The translations under genes were made by a program, and so were the position numbers. Shown piece by piece: positions 27,350 through 40,249 of a stretch of DNA of 64,000 bases (positions within the stretch are counted from its first letter, which is position 1; each line of letters begins with the position of its first letter). The notes under the pieces are model-generated. The model worked only from the letters and a program-made list of their open reading frames with translations. It was not told the DNA's origin and searched no databases. The DNA is from Octopus sinensis (lineage: Eukaryota). The stretch is from NCBI RefSeq assembly GCF_006345805.1, contig NC_043001.1:14260001-14324000 (forward strand), read 5' to 3'.

Positions 27350-27850
27350 GAGAGCAGTGCATGCCATCAAAGTGATCCTGGGGTAAAATATACGAAACCC
27401 AGTATACCCATCATGACTACCTGTCTGATAAGGGCACACCAGGCACATGCATGCATCACAACCATATGTGCACGACATGGTGATCTCATATCAAGATAAA
27501 CAGTGCATGGCCTTGCAGGTGGGGCCCAGAATTTTCTTCAGGTCGAGTAGCCCATCCCATTCAAATGGTCCGTGAATAAGTTTAAGGATGTTGAACGAAC
27601 CACCCATGTTTCCAGAGGTGAATTATCCAAACCCCAAAGAATTCCTCTCAATACATGGCTATGATGCTCCCCCACTACTTCTGCTCGTGATCAGAGATGC
27701 ACATATCGTCAGCCACTAAGGGACATGCTCAACCGTTTAAGGTCAAACAACTGACAAGCAAATCTGTGGTATTGAGCAGAATATTTGCTGTAGCCCATCT
27801 TTTATACCAAGACAAAATAATGTACATGATAACACTTCCAATCAGTTGAC
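27350..27850 (+). repeat. Family E interspersed repeat (about 500 bp); inverted second copy at about 60665-61132
   Basis: Shared sequence GTGCATGCCATCAAAGTGA...GCAGAATATTTGCTGTAGCCCATCTTTTATA, adjacent to (TTA)n/(AAT)n; class not determined. Confidence 0.8.
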
Positions 27851-27929
27851 ACTAGCATCAACTCGCACTCAAATGGTGCTTATTACATGCCACCTGTATG
27901 GGTGCCCATCAGGCAACACTGGCTACAAC

Positions 27930-27965
<36 letters not shown>

Positions 27966-28152
27966 GCCATGATAGATCGGCAGCCACTACACACATTTTT
28001 TTTTCTCTCCTTGTTTTTTCTGTGTCCCTTTCTGTAGAAGAGCGTAGGCTCGAAACATAAAAGACTTTTTCTATTCCTGAGCATTATACTAATACATCTG
28101 TTTGTTTTCTACACCACCTGTCTTTGTCTTTTGTATTTTTTTTGTGAACTCT

Positions 28153-28242
<90 letters not shown>

Positions 28243-28245
<3 letters not shown>

Positions 28246-28547
28246 GCGCAATGGCCCAGTGGTTAGGGCAGCGGATTCGCAGTCGTAGGATCGCGGTTTC
28301 GATTCCCAGACCGGGCGTTGTGAGTGTTTATTGAGCGAAAACACCTAATTCTCCACGAGGCTCCGGGAGGAGGTGGTGACGATCCCTGCTGTACTCTTTC
28401 GCCACAACTTTCTCTCTCTCTTTCTTCTGTTAGCCTGCTCGCTTAGCCAGCGGGGTGGCGTCATTTGAAGGCTAAAACAATGCGAAGCGCATTGTGACCA
28501 GCGATGTGTAACAACATCTGATAGCCTGGTCGGTCACGGTGATCACA

Positions 28548-28550
<3 letters not shown>
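28243..28550 (+). mobile_element. Family F tRNA-headed SINE; - copies at about 17190-17500 and 58080-58625
   Basis: GGCGCAATGGCCCAGTGGTTAGG...GGTTTCGATTCCCAG A/B boxes with shared body. Confidence 0.8.
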
Positions 28551-28591
<41 letters not shown>

Positions 28592-29129
28592 GTTTCTTTA
28601 ATCCAAGGCAGGTAAGAACTATGGAGAGAGGGAAGAGTCAGTTATACCAATGTCAGTATCTGATTGGTGCTTATTCTATCGCTCCTGAAAGAAGGAAAGG
28701 CAAAGTCATCTTCAGCGGTATTTGAACTCAAAACATAGAGGTATGCAACTAAATACGGCAAGGTAATTTCTCTGACACTCTACCAAGTCTTCCAATTATT
28801 ACCTGAATAATAATTCAGATTTTCCACACCAAGATACTCTTTCACACCTGGTTGCTCACCAACCCTCAACTGTTTGTGAGCAAGGTGATATTCACCCCAC
28901 CCCACCCCACTTGTCCTTCAAAACAACAAAAGACACAAAAGCAGATTATTTTTTTCACAAAAGATTGTAAACAAACATTACAGGTATAAATGGAACACCT
29001 GCTTACATTTGGCAAGCGATATCAAAACAGGAAGACACAAAAATACCTATTGCATAGATAGGTTTCAGCTTTCAGTTTCTGTCTGCCAAATCCAATCTTT
29101 GTTACGTACATATGTACACAGACACATAA

Positions 29130-29791
29130 TATTTTATTTCTTTATTGCCCACAGGGGACTAAACAAGGACAGACAAACGGGTTAAGTCAATTACATCGAC
29201 CCCAGTGTGTATTTGGTACTTATTTAATCGACCCCCAAAAGGATGAAAGGCAAAGTCAACCTCGGCCGAATTTGAACTCAGAATGTTAACAGATGAAATA
29301 CATATTTCTTTACTACCCACAAGGGGCTAAACATAGAGGGGACAAACAAGGACAGACAAATGGATTAAATCGATTATATCGACCCAGTGTGTAACTGGTA
29401 CTTATTTAATCGACCCCAAAATGATGAAAGGCAAAGTCAACCTCGGCGGAATTTGAACACAGAACGTAGCGGCAGACGAAATACAGCTAGGCATTTCACC
29501 CGGCATGCTAACGTTTCTGCCAGCTCGCCGCCTTATAGACAGACGAAATACCTATTTCTTTACTACCCACAAGGGGCTAAACACGGAGGGGACAAACAAG
29601 GACAGACAAACGGATTAAGTCGATTATATCGACCCCAATGCATAACTGGTACTTATTTAATCGACCCCGAAAGGATGAAAGGCAAAGTCAACCTCGGCGG
29701 AATTTGAACTCAGAACATTAGCAACAGATGAAATACCGCTAAGCATTTCACCCAGCATGCTAACGATTCTGCCAACTCGCCCCACCTTTAC
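29130..29791 (-). mobile_element. Family B composite array
   Basis: Flanked by TSD ACACAGACACATAA (29116-29129 / 29792-29805). Confidence 0.85.
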
Positions 29792-29837
29792 ACACAGACA
29801 CATAACACAAACTCAATGATAATACAAGTATATCTAC

Positions 29838-29874
29838 CTTTACATTTCCATCCTTGTTTAATGAGGCCCCAAAG
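29838..29874 (-). CDS. RASGRP: RasGRP micro-exon (37 nt, phase 0/1): LWGLIKQGWKCK, C1 ligand-binding loop
   Basis: tttctctttctag acceptor, AAG|gtagat donor; supplies exactly the missing C1 residues. Confidence 0.94.
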
Positions 29875-30989
29875 CTAGAAAGAGAAATAATATATATTAT
29901 ATTAAACATATTATATTAAAACCATCATCATCATCATCATCATCATTTAATATCCACTTTCCATGCTGGCATATTTAACCCTTTAACATTCAAATTACTT
30001 TCTCAAGTATATTGCCAAATACATACACAAGGTATTAGATGGCCCAGGGCTAAAGTAGAAAAGACTCATCCAAGTTGCTATGGAGGGGGATTGAACCTCA
30101 AGCCTCCTGGTTGTAAAGTGAGCCTCCAAACAATACAGCCATGCCTCTGCCTATAGACAGCCAGGACCTGATCCTAAAGATTCTTCCGGTTTACTGTATG
30201 TATGTGTGTGTGTGTGTGTGTGTCCATGTTTGTGCATGTGTGTTCATGTCCATGTATGTGTGTATGTGTGTGTGTGTCTATGTTCATGCATGTGTGTGTA
30301 TATCCATGTCCATGAATGTACATGTGTGTATGTGAGTGTATGTCCATGTTTGTGAATGTGTGTGTCCACGTCCATATATGTGCGTGAGTGCGTTTGTGTG
30401 TGTGTCTGTGTGTGTCCATGTGTGTGCAAGTGTATGTCCATGTCTGTGTGTGTGTCTGTGCATGTGCACATGTGTGTGTGTTTGTATGTCTATATATGTG
30501 AATGAGTGTATGTGTCTGTGTGTGTAATCATATACATATGTGTGTTTGTGTGACTACGTCCATACATGTGCATGAGTGTGTATGTGTATGTATGTGTACA
30601 TGCATGTAAATGTGTGTGTGTGTGTGTATCCATGTTTGTGCATATATGTGTGTGAGTATGTCCATGTCCATGTATATGTGTGTGTTGTGTGTCCATATAT
30701 GTGCATGCATGTGTGTGTATGACCATGTATGTGCATCCATGTATCTGCATGTGTGTGTATGTCCATGTCCATGTTTGTGTGTGCATATGTGTGTGTGTTG
30801 TGTGTGTGTTGTGTGTGTGTGTTGTGTGTGCATGTGTGATGTCTGTGTGTGAGAGATAATGAGCGGGGGGGGGGGACTGTGAGATCTAACATTTGTCATC
30901 TGACACATAAAACTAATGATGTCTTAACAAAGGGTAATTGAGATAATTGTTTGCTTAACAGTTCTAAACTGGTCTTTGTCAGCTTACAC

Positions 30990-31440
30990 CACATTTATAT
31001 CACAACCACCACCACCACCACCACCATCCACCACCTTCCACCACCTTCTGCCACCACCATTCGACACTACCACCACTACCATTGTTACAACCACCTCAAT
31101 CAGCTACTACCACTACTACCACCATCACTACCAAAACTACCAAAACTACCACTGCCACCACTTCCACCACCACCACCACTACCATCACTACTACCTTCCA
31201 CTGCCACCATTACCAAAACTATCATCACCACCTTCCATAACTACCACCACCCCACCACTACCACCACCTTCCACCATCACTACCACCACTACCAAAACTA
31301 CCACCATCAATACCTTCCACTACCACCATCACTACTACCACCACCACCACCATCACCACCACCTTCCACTGCCACCACTACCAAAACTACCACCACCACC
31401 ACCTTCCATAACTACCACCACCCTACTCATCATCATCATC
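30990..31440. repeat. Degenerate (CAC/TAC)n trinucleotide tract; similar tracts at about 24435-24672, 33725-33880, 54375-54790, 62598-62835
   Basis: Direct reading; source of the poly-H/T/P/M/D pseudo-ORFs. Confidence 0.9.
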
Positions 31441-31880
31441 ATTCAATATCTGCTTTCCATGCTGCCATGGGTTGATTGGTTTGACTGAAAACTGGTAAGC
31501 AAGGGAGCTGCACCAAGTTCCAATCTGATAAGGCAAAGTTTCTACAGCTGGATACCCCACGCGCCACCAGCACAGGTGCCACTGACATGACACTGACATC
31601 GGCCACAACTACTACCTCACTCAGCTTCACAGATCTTCTCAAGCATGATATATCACCAAAGGTCTCAGTCACCTGTCACTGCCTTCGTGAGGCACAACAC
31701 CTCAAACGGTGCATTTTTACGTGCCACCGGTACAGGTGCCAGTCAGACAGCACTGACATCATTCACAACTAAGATTTCATTTGGCTTGACATGTTTTCCT
31801 AAACACAGCATATCGCCCAATGTTCAAAGGGTGCTTTTTATGTGCCAGTTATGCAACACTGGGCCACAACTAAGATCTCA

Positions 31881-32180
31881 TACATCATTTACATTATTTA
31901 CATTTGACGGATATTTGTCCTCATCTTGTTTGTTGTTAACACAGCATTTCGGCTGTTAAACCCTCCAGCCTTCATCAGGTGTATTGGGGAAATTTCAAAC
32001 CTGGGTTCTCATTCCTAAGATACCAGTATTAAGGAAGGATAGGAAAATATTAGATTTATAAGCATTAAAAATTCACTCCATAATTGCCCATGGGCATATG
32101 GTGTAGTGGTTAAGAGCACTAACCCCAAGATTCCGAGTTCAATTCCAGGCAGTGACCTGAACAATAACAATAAAAATAAC

Positions 32181-32213
<33 letters not shown>

Positions 32214-32370
32214 TTCAAAATTTCCCCAAGATGAAGGCTGGAGGGTTTATCAGCTGAAACGTTGTGTTAACAACAAACAAGATGAGGACAAATATCTGTT
32301 GAATGTAAATAATGTAAATAATGTAAATAATGTACATGATTCCTCATCTCTTAAATATAGAACTGTACGA
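31881..32370. mobile_element. Family D locus 1: inverted hammerhead-bearing arm + tRNA-like cassette + (AAT)n + direct arm (Penelope-like derivative)
   Basis: Arms 31881-32018 (-) and 32214-32370 (+); A box TGGTGTAGTGG 32099-32109; B box GTTCAATTC 32137-32145; CTGATGA...GAAA core on the minus strand at 31938-31983. Confidence 0.75.
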
Positions 32371-33008
32371 TCTCATATATAAATGGGTTAAAATAGAGAG
32401 GAAAAGCAACACAATAAGGCAAGGACATTTAATTTCATGTAATTCAATCTAAAAGTTTACCCACATAACGAATGGCAAAAAATAGTACAAAATGGTAAAG
32501 ACAGTCTCTGACAGCTGCTTCTGGGATATCCCAAATATTGGAGCATTGCATCAAGTAAGTTGGAGATTCCATCATCAGAGAAATATAGGTTAGATAGTGG
32601 AAGAATGTTCCTCATCAATGATATTTGATATCCACTCTGTGTGTGTATGTGTGTCTCTCGGTGGAATTTGAACTCAGAATGTAGCGGCAGCGGAAATACC
32701 GCTAAGCAGTTCTCCTGGCATGCTAACGTTTCTGCCAGCTCGCCGCCTTACACACACACACACAATACCATACTGGATTTAAATTGTCTGAAAGAGCCTG
32801 CTAGTTTTTGGAAATATCCAACTAAATTCAGATGCAAAATTTACAGCGCTAGTTCAAATCTCTCATGGGAACTTGAACTAAATTCTCACAATATCATCAC
32901 AACATTTTGTAGTCAGAATCAACAGAATAAGTATTATATGCATGTGAAATACAATTTAAAAAAACGATAATAAAGATGAAATGATTTGATTAATTAATGA
33001 TGTCTCAC

Positions 33009-33147
33009 CAGTCCAGTACAATGAGTACAAAATGTTGGTTGAAAATAGGTTTTCTCGTGAAAATCATGTTTGAAGCTGCTTCGCAGTGAATGGCAGTTGG
33101 CACGTATAAAATATGTTTTCATTTCGGATTTGCTTATCATACCATCC
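33009..33147 (-). CDS. RASGRP: RasGRP exon (139 nt, phase 2/0): DGMISKSEMKTYFIRANCHSLRSSFKHDFHEKTYFQPTFCTHCTGL, EF-hand 2 and first half of C1
   Basis: cactgcag acceptor, CTG|gtgaga donor. Confidence 0.96.
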
Positions 33148-33728
33148 CTGCAGTGACGAAAAAATAGAGAGAGAGAGACAAATAAATAAACAGAATAAAT
33201 AAAACTCCCTTACAAATAATTTCATCTGAGCAATATGCAAAAATCCAAATTCGTAAAATCATCATCATCATCATCATTTAACGTCTGTTTTCCATGCTAG
33301 CATGGGTTGGACGGTTCGACCAGGGTCTGGGAAGCCATGGAGGCTGCACCAGGCTCCAGTCGGATCTGGCAGTGTTTCTACAGCTGGATGCCCTTCCTAA
33401 TGCCAACCACTCCATGAGTGTAGTAGGTGTTTTTTACATGCCACTGGCACAGGGGTCAGAGCAGGCTGGCAAACAGCCACGATTGGTTGGTGCTTTTACG
33501 TGTCACCGACACAGACACCAGTCAGGTGGTGCTGGCATCTACCACATTCGGATGGTACTTTTTATGTGTCACCGGCACAGGTGTCTTAACTACAATTTCC
33601 ATTTGATTTTCATTTTGATGTTGGTGTTGACGTATTTGACTCAATAGGTCTCCTCAAGAACAGCGGGTCACTCTACGATCCAAGGTTAGCACAGCAGGCC
33701 ACCCTGCGAGCCATGAACTCACTTGATA

Positions 33729-33770
<42 letters not shown>

Positions 33771-33774
33771 GTGG

Positions 33775-33808
<34 letters not shown>

Positions 33809-34267
33809 AATAATAATAATAATGATAATAATAATGATAATAATAATAATAATAATAGTAATGATGATGATAATATTAAAAATAATAATAGGTGCAGGAG
33901 TGGCTGTGTGGTAAGAAGCTTGCTTCCCAACCACATGGTTCAGAGTTCAGTCCCACTGTGCAACACCTCATGCGATAGCCTCATGCTAACCAAAGCCTTG
34001 TGAGTGGATTTAGTAGATGGAAACTGAAAGAAGCCCATCATATGTGTGTGTGTGTGTGTCTGTGTTTGTCCCCACCACCATCGTTTGACAACTGATGTTG
34101 GTGTGTTTATGTCCCTGTAACTTAGTGGTTCAGCAAAAGAGACTAGACTTACAAAGAATAAGTACTGAGGTCAATTTATTTGAGTAAAAAAAAAGACGGT
34201 GCTCCAGCATGGCCACTGTCAAATGACTGAAACAAGTAAAAAAGGAATAGTAATAGTAATAATAATA

Positions 34268-35216
34268 GAGCTGATTAGTGTATGGGAGTGCATCAACAGT
34301 GAAAGAAGAAACATGGCAGAATATTTGGTAAACAGCAAACAAGACCTGCTACAATATGCTGCAGAAGGATTTAACTAAAATGGACTTGAGAGTGCTCGTG
34401 AATTCTGATCAAGAACAGCCAGCGAGGAGAAGAAACCCTCCTCTACATGAAACCAACAAATGAAAAGACAAGGAAGCTTCATGGAGGTGGTTTAACAATT
34501 GTTAAGCAATTATTAAAGGTTGACCTGAAAAAGAATACTGAAAGCCTAATCATCGCTGCCCAAGACCAGGCATTAAATACCAACTCAGTGAAAAAGTCTA
34601 TATACCACACAAGTGCAACAGACTTCTGCAGAATGTATGGGAAGAGGGTCGAATGCGTGACTCACATTGTTATCATCATCATCATCGTTTAACATCCGCT
34701 TTCCATGCTTGCATGGGTTGGACGATTTGACTGAGGTCTGGTGAACCAGATGACTGCACCAGGCTCCAGTCTGATTTGGCAGAATTACAGCTGGATGCCC
34801 TTCCTAACGCCAACCACTCCGAGAGTGTAGTGGGTGCTTTTACGTGCCACCAGCACGAGGGCCAGTCAGACGGTACTGGCAACGGCCACTCTCAAATGGC
34901 GCTTTTTATGTGCCACCTGCACAGGAGCCAGTCCAGCGGCACTGGCAACGACCTCACTCGAATGGTTTTTTTCACGTACCACCAGCACAAGTGCTAGTAA
35001 GGCGACACAGGTAACGATCAACTCGAATGGTGTTCTTAACGTGCCATCGGCATGCGCAAAAAGAGAACAAGCATGGACACAACAAAGGAGCCCAAAACCT
35101 CCACTGGCTACTAAGCCGTAAGTATGGATATGTGGTTACGGATACTTGGTACCAACATACACCGGAAAAGGTAATGGGTGAAAAGGGGAATGTAAAAATC
35201 CTCTAGGACTTTGACT
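34268..35216 (+). mobile_element. R4/Dong-like (restriction-like endonuclease) non-LTR retrotransposon fragment split by a family C insertion (about 34670-35050)
   Basis: LISVWECINSERRNMAEYL...TESLIIAAQDQALNTN...CRM..K..E.V.HI, resuming as AQKENKHGHNKGAQNLHWLL...WYQHTPEKVMGEKGNVKIL*DFD (KILWDF with W to stop). Confidence 0.75.
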
Positions 35217-35848
35217 TCTTGGTAGTTATTCTATCAGTCTCTTTTGCTGAACTGTTAACTTATGGTGATGTAAACATACCGACACCGGATGTCAAGCAGT
35301 GGTTGGAGACAAACAGAGACATTAAGATAAACACACACACACACACAAAATCATTCAACAGACTTCTTTCAGTTTCTATTTTCCAAATCTACTCACAATC
35401 CTTTGGTCAGCCCAAGAATATAATCCTTTCTACTATAAGCACAAGGCCTGAAATTTGGCGAAGGGGTCAGTCAATTACATCGATCCCAGTACGCAACTGG
35501 TACTTAATTTATCAACCCCGAAAGGATGAAAGGCAAAGTCGACCTCGGCGGAATTTGAACTCTGAAAATAGCAATGGACAAAATACCGCTAAGCGCTTTG
35601 TTCAGCATGCTAGCAATTCTACCAGCTTGTCACCTTACGTTATAGCCCAAGATTATAATGGAAGACACCTGTCCAAGGTGCCTCACAGTGAGTCTGAACC
35701 CGGAACCTTGTGGTTTGGTAGCAAACTTCTTACCAAACAGCCAAACTTGTGTCTATAAACAAAATTTTAATAATCAAAAAATTATGACTTTTATAAAAAT
35801 TTGCATATGAATAATCAAAAATGAAAATAAAAAAATGCCGGTTCTTAC

Positions 35849-35964
35849 TTGTCAGCATCAAGGACACAAAAGGAATCAATGAATGGGAAATTTCCTGCAA
35901 TTGCTTCGAACTCAGCATTACAGATGAAGCCATCTTTGTCGTGGTCATAGTTCTTGAATACAGC
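35849..35964 (-). CDS. RASGRP: RasGRP exon (116 nt, phase 0/2): [38 protein letters not shown](K), EF-hand 1 and start of EF-hand 2
   Basis: cccatttcag acceptor, AA|gtaaga donor; [11 protein letters not shown]...EF motif. Confidence 0.96.
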
Positions 35965-36407
35965 CTGAAATGGGAATCAGAAAATATGTCTCAGATAGAA
36001 TTAGTAACACACCCGGACACTACTCTCTCAAGTTCTAGAACTCCTGGGGCCAATTACCCAGTTTCCTAGGAGTCCTAGGGTCAGTTATCGAGATCCCAAC
36101 ATTCCCCTGAATGGGATGCAGTCTGTTGCAGGGTTACTCTTTTACAGGTGATGCCCAGTCAGATAAATTGAAACTACAATCTTGCAATCTTAAGTGCAGC
36201 ACCCTAACCATGAGGCCATTCACCTTCGCTTTGCATATTTAAAAATATAGGAAACCAACCATCTCAAACATATTCCAAAAATTTTGCACTCTCTCTTACA
36301 CACACACACACACACGATCATTTGCTTGTTTTAATTGGAGCAATAATAATACACATTATTAAGAGCCTCAACAGGTTTTCACAAGCAGACCTGTTGAACA
36401 AGCAAAT

Positions 36408-36448
<41 letters not shown>

Positions 36449-37028
36449 TGCATAAAGACCTGTTGAAGCAAGTGAAATCGAAATTGAAATCGAAATCAAA
36501 TCCAATGACTAGCATCCGTGCTAGTTGAGCACTAAGAGCACCATCCAAGTATGATCGTTGATAGAGCAGCTGACTGGCCTCCGTGCCAGTGGCATGTGGA
36601 AAGTACTATTTGAGTGTGATCATTACCAGCATCACCTTACTGGCACTTGTGCGAATGGTACATGAACAAAACATTCAAGCGAGGTCATTGCCAGTGCTGC
36701 TGGACTGGCTCCTGTGCAGGTGGCACATAAAAAACACCATTTGAGCATGGCCATTGCTAGTACTGCCTGACTGGCCCTCGTGCCGGTGGCATGTAAAAGC
36801 ACCCACTACACTCTCGGAGTGGTTGGTACCAGGCTTCAATCTGATCTAGCAAAGTTTCCACAGCTGGATGCTCTTCCTAATATCAACCACTCCTAGCATG
36901 TAGTGGGTGCTTTTTATGTGCCACCACTCAAAGGTGTTTCTTACGTGCCACCTGCATGGGAGCCAGTCCAATGGCACTGGCAATGACCATGCTCAAATGT
37001 TGTTTTTCACATACCACATAAGGGTAAA

Positions 37029-37448
37029 CTCTTCTTTTTCTTTATTACCCACAAGGGGATAAACATAGAGGGGACAAACAAGGACAGACAAACGGATTAA
37101 GTCGATTACATCAACCCCAGTGCATAACTGGTACTTAATTTATCGACCTCAGAAGGATGAAAGGTAAAGTCGACCTCGGTGGAATTTGAACTCAGAACGT
37201 AACGGCAGACGAAATACCTATTTCTTTACTACCCACAGGGGGCTAAACACAGAGGGGACAAACAAGGACAGACAAAGGGATTAAGTTGATTATATTGACC
37301 CCAGTGCATAACTGGTACTTAATTTATCAACCCCAAAAGGATGAAAGGCAAAGTTGACCTCAGCTGAATTTGAACTCAGAATGTAACGGCAGACGAAATA
37401 CGGTTACACATTTCGCCCGGCATAGTAACGGTTCTGCTCGCCGCCTTT
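37029..37448 (-). mobile_element. Family B dimer
   Basis: TSD ATAAGGGTAAA (37018-37028 / 37449-37459). Confidence 0.85.
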
Positions 37449-38398
37449 ATAAGGGTAAATGCTTCGTCTGAAGAATAAATATCACCAGTAATTTCTCCAA
37501 CTGTAAAGATTTTACTAGACGAAGTGCCGGGTTTAATATATTCGTGTTTCATTGCAGAAAAATATGTTTTCTTTTCTATTAAAAACAAAAGTAAACAAAG
37601 GCTTTGGGGGACACCATTAACAATGAGTCACAAACACACTCGACTACAAAGATGCAACATGATCGGTTGAGTCTATTTTTAGTATTTCATCTCCTTTTCC
37701 TACATGTGCAGTTCATTACCACTTTAATGGGAATGCAGTAGAGATTGAATTTAGGCTGTTTCTGCTAACACCGGGGACACGGCACGATAAGGTTAGAAAA
37801 GTGCTGCAAATTGACAGGAGTTGTTATCAGATATTGTTGTAAATGTCAATTGTTGATATTGTGGTTGTTCATGATACGTTGCGTAAATGTTATTTATGAA
37901 TATTGCTGTACCATATTCGCTGGTGTATGAGATGTACTCCAGCGTAAGATGAACTCATATTTCGCAAGGATATTTTGTGGTTAAAAAAAACGAATTTAAT
38001 ACATTTAACCCTTTAGCATTCAAAGTAGTCTGTGAGATGTAATGCTTGTTTACTTTGCTTCAAATAAATCATGCATTGCTTTGTAGCTTCAAGATTCCAG
38101 TGATGTGATTGGATATTTTTAGAATGACATTGTAGGCTACATTAAAACAGGTGGAATATTTGGGCCAGATATATACATACCTATATCATCATCATCATCA
38201 TCATCATTTAGCGTCCGCTTTCCATGCTAGCATGTGTTGGACGGTTCAACTGGGGTCTGTGGAGCTGGAAGGCTTCGTCAGGTCCAGTCAGATCTGGCAG
38301 TGTTTCTACGGCTGGATGCCCTTCCTAACGCCAACCACTCCGTGAGTGTAGTGGGAGCTTTTTATGTGCCACCTGCACAGGTGCCAGACAGATATATG

Positions 38399-38472
<74 letters not shown>

Positions 38473-38640
38473 CATTTTTTTTTATTTGAAAACCCCACTA
38501 GAATGGGAGAAAGCGCTAATGATCTAAATGATATGATATATATGTAAAAAATGTAATATATAAATAAATATCTGTAAATATAAACCATCCGATCTTCTGA
38601 TTACCTCATTTCTTCTAATATATATATATATATTTATAAA

Positions 38641-39064
38641 GGTAGTGGGTAGTGATTTTCTTCACTACTTCAGGGAGTGACGACCCTGCCTGACACAAGT
38701 CTTGGGCTCAGCTGGCTCCGGCTGACAGTACCCGGTATGGGTCCCTATCCAGGGTTACGGAAAGGAGACAACCTTCAAAGAAATCTGGAGTGGGCCCATA
38801 GGTGGTTTAGTGTTTGACTCAACACTCTTCTGGCAGCTCCTGCAACCAAGCTGGTGCCAAATGTAATGCTCTGCACTTCTTTGGACTACGTCAGCAAGGT
38901 CGAGAGAGGAATTCTGATGATTGGGCTACCAAGGATTTTCTTACATCTAGCCCTGGTCAGCACAAAACTGGAGAGGAAACTGGAGAGGACATGAAATGTA
39001 AAAACCAGACTGGATTAGTTTCTGCGCAACTCCATTGTCTCCTGAGACAAAAAGATGCCAACAA
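38641..39064 (+). mobile_element. Short non-autonomous RTE derivative (5' UTR joined to 3' terminus), copy 1
   Basis: Near-identical to 42697-43105; ends CCATTGTCTCCTGAGACAAAAAGATGCCAACAA, matching the RTE tail at 61665-61710. Confidence 0.7.
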
Positions 39065-40207
39065 TATATATATATGTGTGTGTATCTAGCTGTCTGTATG
39101 TCTGAAATCTAAAGGCTATCCCACTGATGAAAACTGGCTTTCAGTGAATATTTTTTTACTGGAAATAGTTAGAAACCATGGTCTGGGAAATAGTTTTGAG
39201 ATGGTAAACGTTTTAAATTTTCATTCCTTTCGAGAATTTATCCTTTTTGTGGTTTTGAAACTTCTACTGCTCTTTCTAGCACAACACTTTCCTATTTGGA
39301 AGCCTCTTATTGTATTTCTATATGAATAATATATAGTCTAGTGACTAATTCGTTTTTGTGCTTGGCCGATGGTAATAATGATTTATTATTACCCTATGTA
39401 CTATGTTTATATATATGTATATGTATGTATGTATGTATGTATACGATGGGCTTCTTTCAGTTTCCATCTACCAAATCCACTGACAAGGCTTTGGTCGGCC
39501 CAAGGCTACAGTAGAAGACACTTACCCAAGGTGCCATGCAGTGGGACTGAACCCAAAAGCATGTGGTTGGTAAGCAAGCTGCTTATCTGCACCTAAATGG
39601 CTAGTTTAAATGCAATAAGGTTGATCATGCACTTGATATACATCTATTATATGGTTTCATAAGATGCATAACAATTTTTATTACATTTAAGAATTAAAGA
39701 AGCGTGTTTTTTAATCCAGGAATTATGAGAATTGCATTTTTGATGTAGAGCTTTGCATTTTATAATAATCTTTCTAGTTTATTTTTATTGTTTATTATAT
39801 TTTAAAATTTTATCTTTTTTTTTTTGCTAAATTTTTTCTTTATCTTTCATCTTTTACTTGTTTCAGTCATTGGACTGCAGTCCTCCAGGTTGCCAGCTCC
39901 GGTCAACCTGTCCAACCCATGCCAGCATGGAAAACGGACATTAAACGATGATGATGATGATGATGATGAACAGCATAATAACAACAAAAGCACAAAAAAT
40001 GATAAATTATTTTTAATAGGTGCAGGAATGGCTATGTGGTAAGTATGGTAAGTAGCTTGCTAAACAACCACATGGTTCTGAGTTCAGTCCCACTGCATGA
40101 CACCTTGGGCAAGTGTCTTCTACTATAGCCTCGGGCTGACCAAAGCCTTGTGAGTGGATTTGCTCGGAGGAAACTGAAAGAAGCCTGCTGTATATATACA
40201 TACATAC

Positions 40208-40249
<42 letters not shown>

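Noticed and set aside
32093-32159. tRNA-like sequences here and at SINE heads as functional tRNA genes
   Set aside because: A/B boxes are present but the acceptor stem/cloverleaf is incomplete and each is fused to a repeat body.
37376-37588. 70-aa minus-strand ORF as a RasGRP exon
   Set aside because: The exon chain 42162 to 35964 is complete and in phase without it; no donor site, and the ORF runs into a SINE.
39124-39150. Other CTGATGA occurrences (also about 26372, 51635, 60770) as hammerheads
   Set aside because: No stem II closing onto GAAA and no stem I/III partners.
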